Shown here: positions 13,212 through 22,782 of the stretch, piece after piece | How positions within the stretch are numbered: the stretch's first letter is position 1 | Layout: the number at the start of each line of letters is the position of its first letter | IMG/VR virus record: IMGVR_UViG_3300028175_000008 | Location: 1-40,039 of that record | From: a virus | Length of the DNA: 40,039 bases | Strand: one strand, 5' to 3' | Notes under the pieces: generated by a model | What the model was told of the DNA's origin: nothing | Database searches by the model: none | What the model saw: only the letters and a program-made list of their open reading frames with translations | Program-made: the position numbers and the translations under genes

Positions 13212-13230
13212 CAATATAGGAGAATGTAAA

Positions 13231-13701
13231 ATGTGGAAACGATTTACAGGTGAACAAGTAACAGATATAGAAACAACACTACTTACTGATATAGCAAGTA
13301 TTCAAGATGAGCATAATTTATCTTTTTACATTGGTGGTGATAGCATGAAACGATGTGACACTACAACTTACACAGTAGTATTGGTAATGTTGATGGAAGG
13401 TAAAGGTGGTCGTGGTTATTATAAGAATATAAAAATTAAAGATGTTAATATATCTATGCAACAACGATTATTCAAAGAAACATATGAAGCAGTTGAAACT
13501 GCTCTGTTTATAAATCCTATATTAGAAAGTATTGGTTATAATATTAAAGAAATACATACAGATATAAATCCGAAATCGAAATATGCCAGTAGTGAAATGG
13601 TTAAGCAAGTAATTGGGTATTGTATGGGAATGGGATTTGAAGGTGTATTGAAACCAAATAGTTGGGCTGCTATGGAATGTGCTGATAAATTTTCAAAGTA
13701 A
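13231..13701 (+). CDS. YkuK-like RNase H-fold protein (DUF458 type)
   Basis: IGGDS, QRLFKETYEAVE, EIHTDIN, KPNSWAA..CADK. Confidence 0.8.
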   Translation: MWKRFTGEQVTDIETTLLTDIASIQDEHNLSFYIGGDSMKRCDTTTYTVVLVMLMEGKGGRGYYKNIKIKDVNISMQQRLFKETYEAVETALFINPILESIGYNIKEIHTDINPKSKYASSEMVKQVIGYCMGMGFEGVLKPNSWAAMECADKFSK

Positions 13702-13786
13702 TATCTCATATATATTCTATTTATTATAGAAGTAAATAAAGGTTATGACTAAACATTTTCCTTTAACCAACCAGGAGATATTCACT

Positions 13787-14620
13787 ATGAGTAAATCTAA
13801 AGCAGTAAAAAAAGTTGTTACTACTACACAAGTTAAAGTAAATCAAGAATGTAAAAATAAACGACAAGTCCTGTCACAATTAAAACGGATTAAATGGGAT
13901 ATAGAGTTCCAAACTGAAAATCAAGAAATATTCTATAACACTATAGATAAGAATGATATTTCATTTTGTGCAGGTCCTGCTGGATGTGGTAAGACTTATA
14001 TCGCAGTATATTATGCATTACAACAACTTGCTACTTCTAAAAAATATGATGGAATTATTATTACAAAACCATTAGTAGAAGTTGAGGGTGAGAAGCTTGG
14101 ATACTTACCAGGTAACGTAGAAGAAAAGACAGAACCATTTATGATGTCTATCTACTACAATATGGAACAGATTATAGGTAGAGATAGATTGAAGATGTTA
14201 AGAGATACGGGTGTGATTACAGTAGTTCCATTAGCTTATATGCGTGGACTTACTTTAACTAATAGAATGGTATTATTAGATGAAGCACAGAACTCAACTC
14301 CTTTACAGATTAAAACATTTCTAACTCGCATTGGTAAAGGTAGTAAATTTATCATTAGTGGAGATTTACAACAATCAGATGTTAAACATAAAAATGGTAA
14401 TGGGTTAGAAGATGCAATTAGAAGATTAACTGGGTTACCACATTTAGGATTTTCACAATTTACATTAGCAGACATAGTGAGACATCCGGTAGTTGCTGGA
14501 ATATTAGAACGATATAATAAAGAATATGATATTGCGGATTTACCTGCAGAAGCCACATTATCAGCTTGGTTAGAACATCCAAAATATGATTACTCACGAA
14601 TAACAAACAGATGGGGTTAA
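13787..14620 (+). CDS. phoH: PhoH-like ATPase
   Basis: GPAGCGKT, LGYLPG, YMRGLTL, LDEAQN, TRIG..SK, GDLQQSD, DIVRH; CAGGAG SD before 13787. Confidence 0.95.
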   Translation: MSKSKAVKKVVTTTQVKVNQECKNKRQVLSQLKRIKWDIEFQTENQEIFYNTIDKNDISFCAGPAGCGKTYIAVYYALQQLATSKKYDGIIITKPLVEVEGEKLGYLPGNVEEKTEPFMMSIYYNMEQIIGRDRLKMLRDTGVITVVPLAYMRGLTLTNRMVLLDEAQNSTPLQIKTFLTRIGKGSKFIISGDLQQSDVKHKNGNGLEDAIRRLTGLPHLGFSQFTLADIVRHPVVAGILERYNKEYDIADLPAEATLSAWLEHPKYDYSRITNRWG

Positions 14621-14621
14621 A

Positions 14622-14846
14622 ATGATAGAAATACAAAAGAACCAGAAAGAAGTATTTAGAATAGAAGAAAAAGAATTTTCTGGATACAAATTTGTGGACA
14701 TTAGGATTTGGTTTATGGCAGATGATGGTGAGTATAAACCATCTAAAAAGGGTATATCCCTTTCACCAGATAAAGTACATGAAGTAGTTGAGGCAATACT
14801 CCAAACAATGGAAGATTCTAATTGGAAATCATTTGATACTAAATAA
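14622..14846 (+). CDS. PC4/p15-like ssDNA-binding protein
   Basis: EFSGYKFVDIRIWF...KPSKKGISL. Confidence 0.85.
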   Translation: MIEIQKNQKEVFRIEEKEFSGYKFVDIRIWFMADDGEYKPSKKGISLSPDKVHEVVEAILQTMEDSNWKSFDTK

Positions 14847-14881
14847 TTGTATGTTTTCTAAAAAACTTTATATTTATTTTC

Positions 14882-15247
14882 ATGAACATTGATGCAAGAG
14901 ATTTATTAGATAATGAAACTCCAGATATAAATCTGGATGATATCACTATGACCCCATCCGCTATAGGCAGATTAACTACACTTGGATATACAGATGTAGA
15001 ATTTTCCGTTGAGGGTGGTGGTTGTAGTGGTATGAATTATACATTAAAATCTCTTGACAGAAAAATAATAAATAACGATAAAATATATCATTACGACGAT
15101 ATGAAATTGATAGTTCCATTCAGTAGTTTCGTATACTTAATAGGAACAGAAATAGATTTTAGTGATGATTTATTAAACGGAGGTTTTAAGTTTACCAATC
15201 CACAATCAAATAGAACTTGTGGGTGTGGTACATCTTTCTCCGTATAG
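14882..15247 (+). CDS. iscA: IscA/HesB-family Fe-S cluster carrier
   Basis: GGGCSGMNY and NP....CGCGTSF motifs. Confidence 0.9.
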   Translation: MNIDARDLLDNETPDINLDDITMTPSAIGRLTTLGYTDVEFSVEGGGCSGMNYTLKSLDRKIINNDKIYHYDDMKLIVPFSSFVYLIGTEIDFSDDLLNGGFKFTNPQSNRTCGCGTSFSV

Positions 15248-15267
15248 AAAACACATAGGAGTATAAT

Positions 15268-15852
15268 ATGCCAGGAGAAAAGGGTCAGGGAATAAATCCA
15301 TATTTAGGAAAACCCATACCAAAAGAAAAGATAGTTAGAGCTATACAAGAAAGTGAAAGTATGATTAAGGCTGCAGCATCACTTCACACTTCATACAATA
15401 CGTTTAAGAAGTACGCTAAATTATATGATGTATTTAAACCACACCCAAATTCAAGGGGAATTTCCAGAGCACGTAAAGTAACCTGGAGTGGATTAAAACC
15501 ATTAGACGTAGAATTGACTTTACAGAAAAAGTTAATTAGAAAATTCATATTACCACAGAGATGTAGTCAATGTGGGGAGTCGAGATTCCGAAAAACTGAT
15601 ATGCTTTCACCACTTATATTACATTTCATTGATGGAGATATTCACAATAAAGTTCCAGATAATATGAGGTTCTTTTGTTATAACTGTTATTTCCTTGAGA
15701 AGGATCATAATCACAAACGAGTAAATGTAAAAATTGGTAGAACATTTGAAGATCAAAACGGGATAGAACAAAATATACAAGATGATATAACCGGTGATGA
15801 ATTAGCCAAGGAGTTGGGTGCATCACTTGCAGATTTATTTGGTAAAACTTAG
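15268..15852 (+). CDS. HTH plus degenerate HNH-like protein
   Basis: CSQCG...LHFIDGDIHN...NMRFFCYNC. Confidence 0.65.
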   Translation: MPGEKGQGINPYLGKPIPKEKIVRAIQESESMIKAAASLHTSYNTFKKYAKLYDVFKPHPNSRGISRARKVTWSGLKPLDVELTLQKKLIRKFILPQRCSQCGESRFRKTDMLSPLILHFIDGDIHNKVPDNMRFFCYNCYFLEKDHNHKRVNVKIGRTFEDQNGIEQNIQDDITGDELAKELGASLADLFGKT

Positions 15853-16193
15853 TGAATAAATTATTTGTAGCGTTATCATTTAGTGTAATAGGAAATCTAA
15901 TTGCATGGTTTCACATGAATGCACAGTTCAGATGGGAATGGGCAAGAACTCATTGGTGGATTGCATTGGGTGGATTACCGGTAGGATATTTATTTTATTA
16001 TTCAACTCGAATGTTTTATGAATATTTTGGAGAGTATTGGACTGTTAGACCAATTGGATTTGGAATTGCAACAATGACATTTACATTAATGACTGCATTA
16101 GTGTTACATGAAGTTCCAAGTCAACGGATTATAGTATCCTTAATATTAGCCTGTGTTATATTATACATTAATTTATCGGTACATATAAAATGA
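15852..16193 (+). CDS. Small 4-TM membrane protein (DMT/SMR-like)
   Basis: Four hydrophobic segments in 113 aa. Confidence 0.6.
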   Translation: MNKLFVALSFSVIGNLIAWFHMNAQFRWEWARTHWWIALGGLPVGYLFYYSTRMFYEYFGEYWTVRPIGFGIATMTFTLMTALVLHEVPSQRIIVSLILACVILYINLSVHIK

Positions 16194-16432
16194 CAAACAA
16201 CATATCAAAGAAATTAAAAGATGGTAAGTTAGAACCACGTTCAGACTTGCCTGAAGATTTGAAGATTGCAATAAAAACGTTCATTGCACAGGCAGCGATA
16301 GTTGAAGAATATGAAGTTGATCACATACCTTCAGAGTATATCGTAAATCTAATTGATACATTTTCCAAATATCCAGAATATTCTTTGATCACATCTGAAT
16401 TGATGGAATCTCTATTAAAGGGTCAACGGTAA
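16190..16432 (+). CDS. Hypothetical protein
   Basis: Coupled ORF. Confidence 0.65.
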   Translation: MTNNISKKLKDGKLEPRSDLPEDLKIAIKTFIAQAAIVEEYEVDHIPSEYIVNLIDTFSKYPEYSLITSELMESLLKGQR

Positions 16433-16722
16433 TGGCAACCAAAGAAATAAGAAAATTAATATTAGAAAGATTCCCACCTGGTGATTCATGGAAGGACCCA
16501 GAAGATCCATCATCAGGAATATTCCCATCACTCACGGAGGGATTAGAATACGCCTTTCATAAATCAGATGGAACTATTAAAGAGTTTCACCTATCTTCAT
16601 TTGAGGGAAAGATTTATTCCGTTGAGTATGAAGAAGAACCGGATACACCACCACCTAAACCACGATATTCTATGTATGGAGAAGAAACAGATATTCAACC
16701 TGATTTATGGACGAATAAATGA
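16432..16722 (+). CDS. Hypothetical protein
   Basis: Coupled ORF. Confidence 0.7.
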   Translation: MATKEIRKLILERFPPGDSWKDPEDPSSGIFPSLTEGLEYAFHKSDGTIKEFHLSSFEGKIYSVEYEEEPDTPPPKPRYSMYGEETDIQPDLWTNK

Positions 16723-16946
16723 AAGACAATGTAGTATATAATGATCCAGATAATACAGTTATGGTGAGAACTAACGGTGAATACATTTATATTATATACC
16801 ATAAAGAAGATCAAATGACCAATATAGTAACCAGATTTACTACGGATAGTTGTTATTTAGATGGTTATGAAGTTTGTGATGATATGAAATGGATACTCAC
16901 ATTTAAAGTTATAAATGACTTTGAAATAAAACCGGAGTTAAACTAA
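16719..16946 (+). CDS. Hypothetical protein
   Basis: Coupled ORF. Confidence 0.6.
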   Translation: MKDNVVYNDPDNTVMVRTNGEYIYIIYHKEDQMTNIVTRFTTDSCYLDGYEVCDDMKWILTFKVINDFEIKPELN

Positions 16947-17107
16947 TGAAAATATCAAAAGACTATCAATGATACTATAGATGAAAGACGGTTGGGTTAG
17001 TTATATATTAACCCCTTCTCACTTTGTTTGGTAACTATTATCAAGAATACTCTTTTATAATAGATATAAAGAAATAAAAAAAATCATCAAGATAAGTGAA
17101 AAAAGAC

Positions 17108-17136
17108 TTGACTTTCTCATTATTAAGTTATAAGAT
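17108..17136 (+). promoter_or_regulatory. Sigma70-type promoter
   Basis: TTGACT-N17-TAAGAT. Confidence 0.85.
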
Positions 17137-17144
17137 CAACTATA

Positions 17145-17600
17145 ATGAGAAATAAACAATACATAGAAAAAAATAGAACCGAATTCAACCACAGAATAAA
17201 ACAATTAAAACACATTTTAGATGATGTAAATTACTTACACCAAGATTCTACATATAGAGAATTCATTGGTAGTATGTATCACGCAATAAATACTGGTAGA
17301 AAAATCACATCATTAATGGAATCATCAATTACTAAAATAGTTAAGTCATATAAAACATGGCTCAATACAATAAACGACACATCCTATTTAGAAAATAAAA
17401 CAATATTATTAAATAAGATTACTATGGTTCGTACCATGTTAGAACGAGCACCATATACAAGTAATTTCAAATATGAAAAAGAAATATTCATAGATTCACT
17501 TTACAACCAAGCTCGTAATAGAGGTTCATTATCACCCAAACAAAAATCAGCATTAAACAAAATGTATAAACAATATAAAAAGAAAGTTGAAAATATTTGA
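17145..17600 (+). CDS. Early hypothetical protein with LNKMYKQY C-terminal motif
   Basis: ATG 8 nt after the -10, no SD. Confidence 0.75.
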   Translation: MRNKQYIEKNRTEFNHRIKQLKHILDDVNYLHQDSTYREFIGSMYHAINTGRKITSLMESSITKIVKSYKTWLNTINDTSYLENKTILLNKITMVRTMLERAPYTSNFKYEKEIFIDSLYNQARNRGSLSPKQKSALNKMYKQYKKKVENI

Positions 17601-17609
17601 AGAAAGTAC

Positions 17610-17638
17610 TTGACTTTCTCATTATTTTGTCGTAAGAT
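17610..17638 (+). promoter_or_regulatory. Sigma70-type promoter
   Basis: TTGACT-N17-TAAGAT. Confidence 0.85.
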
Positions 17639-17646
17639 CAAGAGTA

Positions 17647-19881
17647 ATGAGAGAGAAAACCCAAATGAAAAAAATGAAATTATTTAATCCAATGGCACTT
17701 CGTGAGAAGTATTCCAGTAAAAATCTAAACAAGACTAACAATTTTAGTTCATTTTGGTTGGATGAAAATTGGGGTGAAACTCATGATGAAGAAAAGAAAA
17801 GTGGAACTGATTTAATAGCTCTCGCTTCATATAGACGAGCTATTGGAAACTTCGTAAATATTGTAACTGGAAAAGATATTCCCGTTACATTTACAGCACA
17901 AGGTGATTCCTTTACTGATGGTAAGAAAGTTACTATTTCGTCAAAGTTGGATGATAAACTTTTTGATTCAACTGTTGGGTTAGCACTTCACGAAGGTTCT
18001 CATATACTATTAAGTGATTTTGACTTCCTAAAACAACTTGAAGTTAATATACCAAAAGAATATTTAGATAGAGCTTTCACTAAAGGTTATAGTGAAATGG
18101 ATTCTAAAATTCATATTAAGAATTTATTAAACTTTGTAGAAGATAGACGAATTGATTATCATATATTCAGTAACTCACCTGGATATAAAGGTTACTATCA
18201 TTCAATGTACGAAAAGTATTTTAGAGCAAAAGTAATTGATAAAGCTTTATTGTCTGATGAAATGACCGATGAAAATTGGGATTCATATATTTTTAGAGTT
18301 ATCAATTTTACTAATTCAAATACTCGTTTAGATTCATTAAATGGATTAAGAGAGATTTGGAATATACTTGATTTGAAAAATATTTCAAGATTGAAATCAA
18401 GTGAAGATTCATTCAATGTGGCACTTGAAATGTATCACGTAATTTTAAATAACATTCTTGATGGAATTAAAAAAACTGATGATGAAACTGGTGAAGTTTC
18501 TTATGAGAAAGCCGATGGTAGTGGTTCTACTGATGGTAATAGTGAAAGTGGTGAAAGTGAATCCCGTGAAATGTCTGATGATGAATTTGAAGATTTGTTA
18601 TCAGCCGTTGAAAATGGTGATGTAGAATTTAGTGAAGAAAAATCCGGAAATTCTGTATCTGTTCCTATGGATAGTGGTGAAGAATCGGATGAAGATGGGG
18701 AAAGTTCTTCTACTGAAAGTAGTGATGAAAGTGGTGAAGAAGATTCTTCTAATAAAAGTGGTGAAGAAATTGAAACTAAAAAAAGTGAAGTAACACTTTC
18801 AGATTCACAAAAGAAATCACTTGAAAACGCAATCAAGAAACAAAAGAAATTTATGGATGGAGATATCCAGAAAAAGAAAGTTTCCAAAAAAGATAAAGCT
18901 TCCATTGACGCTGTTGAAAATAGTGGTATGAGTTATAAAGAAGTTGGTGTAGATTTAACTGATAGGTGGACTGGTAAAAAACTTGGTAAAAAAACCAAAT
19001 GTATTGTAGTTAAGAAATTAACCAAAGAACTTATTGAAAGTGGAACTATCAATATGTTAGGTAGAAGTTATCACAGTGATACTAACGAAGAATCTATTAC
19101 AGAAGGTTTAAGACTTGGAACTATCCTTGGTAGAAAACTTCAAGTTAGAACTGAATCCCGTGAAACAAAATATACCAGAAAAAATACCGGTCGTATTGAT
19201 AAAAGATTAATAGCCGAACTTGGATTTGGAAATGATGGTGTATTTAGTCAAACATTTATTGATTCTTTCCCAGACGCTTTCCTTCATATTTCCATTGACG
19301 CAAGTGGAAGTATGTCTGGAGATAAATGGAGAAAAACCATGAAGTCAGTTACTTCTATGGTAAAGGCAATTGATATGATTGAAGGTGTTGATGTGGTTGT
19401 TTCTTTTCGTTCTACTCAGCATAGTTATGGTAGAAGTACTGAAGATTATCCAATTATATTAATCGCTTATGATTCACGTGTAGATAGTTTAGTTAAAGTT
19501 AAAACACTTTGGAAATCCATAAATGTAGCTGGAACTACTCCAGAAGGATTATGTTATGAAGCTGTTATGGATGAAATGGTCGCTGGTGGAACTGATAAAG
19601 AATCTTATTTCTTAAACTTTTCCGATGGGATGCCAATGTTTAGTAATGGTGTCGTTGATTATTATCATGATACCGCAATCAACCATACTAAATTGATGGT
19701 AAAGAAAATTAGAGAACGTGGAATAAAAGTTCTTTCATATTACATTGGAGATAGTTATGATGGAAATAGATATATGGGAGATTTCAAAAGAATGTATGGT
19801 AAAGATTCTCAGTTTGTTGATGTAACTTCTGTAACAGCCGTATCAAGAACTATGAACAAAAAATTCTTGGAGAAGAACTAA
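17647..19881 (+). CDS. HExxH metallopeptidase-like plus acidic linker plus VWA domain protein (CobT-like)
   Basis: ALHEGSH; EDRRID; Ser/Glu-rich linker; DASGSMS MIDAS, GTTPEG, FSDGMP. Confidence 0.85.
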   Translation: MREKTQMKKMKLFNPMALREKYSSKNLNKTNNFSSFWLDENWGETHDEEKKSGTDLIALASYRRAIGNFVNIVTGKDIPVTFTAQGDSFTDGKKVTISSKLDDKLFDSTVGLALHEGSHILLSDFDFLKQLEVNIPKEYLDRAFTKGYSEMDSKIHIKNLLNFVEDRRIDYHIFSNSPGYKGYYHSMYEKYFRAKVIDKALLSDEMTDENWDSYIFRVINFTNSNTRLDSLNGLREIWNILDLKNISRLKSSEDSFNVALEMYHVILNNILDGIKKTDDETGEVSYEKADGSGSTDGNSESGESESREMSDDEFEDLLSAVENGDVEFSEEKSGNSVSVPMDSGEESDEDGESSSTESSDESGEEDSSNKSGEEIETKKSEVTLSDSQKKSLENAIKKQKKFMDGDIQKKKVSKKDKASIDAVENSGMSYKEVGVDLTDRWTGKKLGKKTKCIVVKKLTKELIESGTINMLGRSYHSDTNEESITEGLRLGTILGRKLQVRTESRETKYTRKNTGRIDKRLIAELGFGNDGVFSQTFIDSFPDAFLHISIDASGSMSGDKWRKTMKSVTSMVKAIDMIEGVDVVVSFRSTQHSYGRSTEDYPIILIAYDSRVDSLVKVKTLWKSINVAGTTPEGLCYEAVMDEMVAGGTDKESYFLNFSDGMPMFSNGVVDYYHDTAINHTKLMVKKIRERGIKVLSYYIGDSYDGNRYMGDFKRMYGKDSQFVDVTSVTAVSRTMNKKFLEKN

Positions 19882-19985
19882 TGGAAAAAGTAAAAAATAT
19901 GTTAATGGGATTAGTATTAGTAGCTATGATGTATATGTTATTAGTTATAGCATTTATACTTGATGGAGCACCGTTTCATCCCTAA
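19881..19985 (+). CDS. 34-aa TM microprotein
   Basis: MEKVKNMLMGLVLVAMMYMLLVIAFILDGAPFHP; coupled on both sides. Confidence 0.55.
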   Translation: MEKVKNMLMGLVLVAMMYMLLVIAFILDGAPFHP

Positions 19986-20170
19986 TGATTAAGTGGATTT
20001 TATCCAAGTGGTATAAACATTCACCAGATTGTATGTGTGGATATAAGATGAAGCCAACAGATAGAAGAAGAACTGAATCAGAAGATAGTTGGAAATGTAT
20101 ATGGAAAAAATGTGGTTGGGAAACCTATCAAACTGATAATGGTAAATTCCATTGGACTAAATCAAAATGA
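19985..20170 (+). CDS. Zn-ribbon hypothetical protein
   Basis: CMCG...WKCIWKKCGW. Confidence 0.65.
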   Translation: MIKWILSKWYKHSPDCMCGYKMKPTDRRRTESEDSWKCIWKKCGWETYQTDNGKFHWTKSK

Positions 20171-20199
20171 AAAAAAGTGAAAAAAACTTAAAAAAAGCC

Positions 20200-20228
20200 T
20201 TGACTTTATCAAATATTATTCGTAAGAT
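20200..20228 (+). promoter_or_regulatory. Sigma70-type promoter
   Basis: TTGACT-N17-TAAGAT. Confidence 0.85.
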
Positions 20229-20276
20229 CAAGTAACAATGAGAGATAATGTAACTAACTTAAAAGGAGTCATTCAA

Positions 20277-21440
20277 ATGACAAATACAGTTGTAAAAATA
20301 GAAATGTCGGGTAACCGATTTAACGCTTGGGATATCGATGGTAATAAACTTACCTCGGAAATCTCAACTTCCACTCGTAGAGGAGCGTTTGAAGCCGGAA
20401 TGGCATTAGAGAAACGTGAAGGTAAAGGTGGGAGAACTTATTGGTGGAAAGTTCCAATGAGTAAATTTGACGAAGCTTCTGTTCCAGTAATGGATATGAG
20501 TTCTGTTGATATTCCAAAAGAACATTCAGAAATGTTGAACTTCATTCATAGTTCTTTTAAACTTAAACCTAATGGTTTGGTGATGAAAGAATTGAAGTGG
20601 AAATATCTTGTCCGTTCCGCAGTCCGTGGAAAAAACATTTTAATGACTGGTTCGTCCGGATGTGGTAAAACTATGGCAGCTAAATCGTTGGTAAACGCTT
20701 TAGACCGTCCTGACTTTTACTTTAATCTTGGAGCGACACAGGATCCTCGTTCAACTTTGATTGGTAATACCCACTTTGATAAAAAGAAGGGAACTTACTT
20801 TTCAGAATCACATTTCGTTTCCGCGATAAAAACTCCAAACGCAGTTATTCTGTTGGATGAATTATCAAGAGCTCACCCAGACGCTTGGAATATTTTAATG
20901 ACAGTTCTTGATGAAGGTCAAAGATATCTTCGGTTGGATGAAGCCGATGGAACTGAAACAGTTTCAGTCGCAGAAGGAGTTACATTCGTCGCGACCGCTA
21001 ACATTGGTAATGAATACACTTCTACTCGTGTTATGGATAAAGCCTTAATGGACAGATTCACCATCGTAGAAATGGATGTATTGAATAATGAAGAAGAATT
21101 GGGATTACTATCCTATATGTTTCCTCATGTAGATAATGGATTACTGAAATCAGTTTCGGAAATTGCACATTCAACTCGTGTTGAATCACGAAATGAAACC
21201 GGTAGAGTTTCAAGTGGAATTTCAACCAGAACTTCTGTTGAAATGGCTGGATTACTCTATGATGGATTTGGATTAGATGAAGCAGCTGAAGTTACTGTCT
21301 ATCCACAATACTCTAATGATGGTGGTATGGAATCAGAACGAACTTACGTGAAACAGTTAATACAGAAGTTTGTTACTGATGGTAGTTCTGATGACTTGTT
21401 TAATGAAAGTGAAATCGAAAACTCAGGAGATATTAGTTAG
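20277..21440 (+). CDS. MoxR/CobS-type AAA+ ATPase
   Basis: GSSGCGKT Walker A, LLDELSR Walker B, ATANIG sensor, ALMDRF Arg finger; AAGGAG SD before 20277. Confidence 0.9.
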   Translation: MTNTVVKIEMSGNRFNAWDIDGNKLTSEISTSTRRGAFEAGMALEKREGKGGRTYWWKVPMSKFDEASVPVMDMSSVDIPKEHSEMLNFIHSSFKLKPNGLVMKELKWKYLVRSAVRGKNILMTGSSGCGKTMAAKSLVNALDRPDFYFNLGATQDPRSTLIGNTHFDKKKGTYFSESHFVSAIKTPNAVILLDELSRAHPDAWNILMTVLDEGQRYLRLDEADGTETVSVAEGVTFVATANIGNEYTSTRVMDKALMDRFTIVEMDVLNNEEELGLLSYMFPHVDNGLLKSVSEIAHSTRVESRNETGRVSSGISTRTSVEMAGLLYDGFGLDEAAEVTVYPQYSNDGGMESERTYVKQLIQKFVTDGSSDDLFNESEIENSGDIS

Positions 21441-21479
21441 AAAATTTCTTTCTAATTAGAAGAAACTAAAAACGAAGTG

Positions 21480-21511
21480 GTGAAGCTATCAAAATATTTT
21501 GATAGTTTCAC
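21480..21511. terminator. 32-bp near-perfect palindrome after the AAA gene
   Basis: GTGAAGCTATCAAAAT/ATTTTGATAGTTTCAC, one mismatch. Confidence 0.7.
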
Positions 21512-21548
21512 TTTCTCGTATAATATTTAATAATAGGAAATAAAAAAT

Positions 21549-21755
21549 ATGAATAATAAATTAAAACGTTCAATGAAACGATTAACAGAAATGGATGCGT
21601 ATATGGATGACAATATAAGAAATGTTTATATTGATAATATCGTATCTAATTTAAAACGTGGTATTTACCCAAAGGGATCCCTTGAAAGAATCCAGAAACT
21701 CATAGAGAGGCATCAAATTATACTAAAGGCAAAGGAAAAATTAGTTAGGGGTTAA
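21549..21755 (+). CDS. Hypothetical protein
   Basis: AGGA SD. Confidence 0.65.
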   Translation: MNNKLKRSMKRLTEMDAYMDDNIRNVYIDNIVSNLKRGIYPKGSLERIQKLIERHQIILKAKEKLVRG

Positions 21756-21765
21756 TCCCACTAAC

Positions 21766-21805
21766 GTGGGGTGGGTATTTTAAATTCCTTTTTATCTCAC
21801 CCCAC
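21766..21805 (+). other. GC-rich hairpin, possible terminator or processing site
   Basis: GTGGGGTGGG/CTCACCCCAC with a long loop. Confidence 0.5.
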
Positions 21806-21824
21806 ACTTTAATAGGAAAATATA

Positions 21825-22121
21825 ATGGATGATTTTTTAATTGACATGAAAAAAAGTTACGATTACCATGAGAGTGCTGGTAATCTGTATAAGGTAAAAA
21901 AACTAAGCACTCAAATTTTTGAATTTATAAAAATTTCTAAAACTGGTTGGTCAAGTGAAAGTAGAAGTGATTTTGCATTTGTAACAAAATTACAAGAACA
22001 ATTAATGGCCGAGGCTAAAATTGGTGGTGGGTTTAAATTAACAAAAAATGAAAAATTAATGTGTAATATTATTTATAAGCGATATAACAACAAGGACCAA
22101 TACAATGAAACAAATAATTAA
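21825..22121 (+). CDS. Hypothetical protein with CNIIYKRY C-terminal motif
   Basis: AGGA SD. Confidence 0.7.
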   Translation: MDDFLIDMKKSYDYHESAGNLYKVKKLSTQIFEFIKISKTGWSSESRSDFAFVTKLQEQLMAEAKIGGGFKLTKNEKLMCNIIYKRYNNKDQYNETNN

Positions 22122-22782
22122 AGATGTGTTAGATGATATGTCGAGTGGTCAGATTAATTTGGCATCATCAGCGGCAAGAGAACTTGTAGCAACTACAATA
22201 TCTATAACACTAAAAGAATATGGTAGTTATACTAAATATAGAATAGACACCGCAGGTAACCCAGTAAAACCAATTAATTCATATCTCACTACTGATATGC
22301 ACAAGTATGATTTAGAATCGGATATACAATCTGAAAAAGATAAGTGGGTGTGTAATATATGTGGAGAAAATACACACGATGTAAATTCAGATTATCTTGG
22401 AACTGAGTTTAATCACCTTGAGTGTGAATTAAAATTAGAAGATTGGGTATGTGATTACTGTGATGAATCTACTCACGATAGAGACTTAGATCCCGTTGTA
22501 TCGAGAACACGACATCTAAAATGTCAGTTAGAATACGAACGTGAAAATGGGGAACGGTATACTGAAGAAACTAATAGACCTGCGGATGAGATAATTGATA
22601 ATTCACTTTCTAATGATGGTAAATATATTTACGAATCACCAGATAGTGGCAAGACAGTTTTTCGTAGACCATTTGGTGATTATACACTAGAACATAAAGA
22701 AGAAATAGATTGGGAAACCAAAGAACCAACTGGTAGATTGTTTACTGATTACAATAATGGAGGGTGGAATGATGAAAGATAA
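22105..22782 (+). CDS. Hypothetical protein with a duplicated CxxC-H-H-C module
   Basis: WVCNICGENTH...HLEC and WVCDYCDESTH...HLKC. Confidence 0.75.
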   Translation: MKQIIKDVLDDMSSGQINLASSAARELVATTISITLKEYGSYTKYRIDTAGNPVKPINSYLTTDMHKYDLESDIQSEKDKWVCNICGENTHDVNSDYLGTEFNHLECELKLEDWVCDYCDESTHDRDLDPVVSRTRHLKCQLEYERENGERYTEETNRPADEIIDNSLSNDGKYIYESPDSGKTVFRRPFGDYTLEHKEEIDWETKEPTGRLFTDYNNGGWNDER

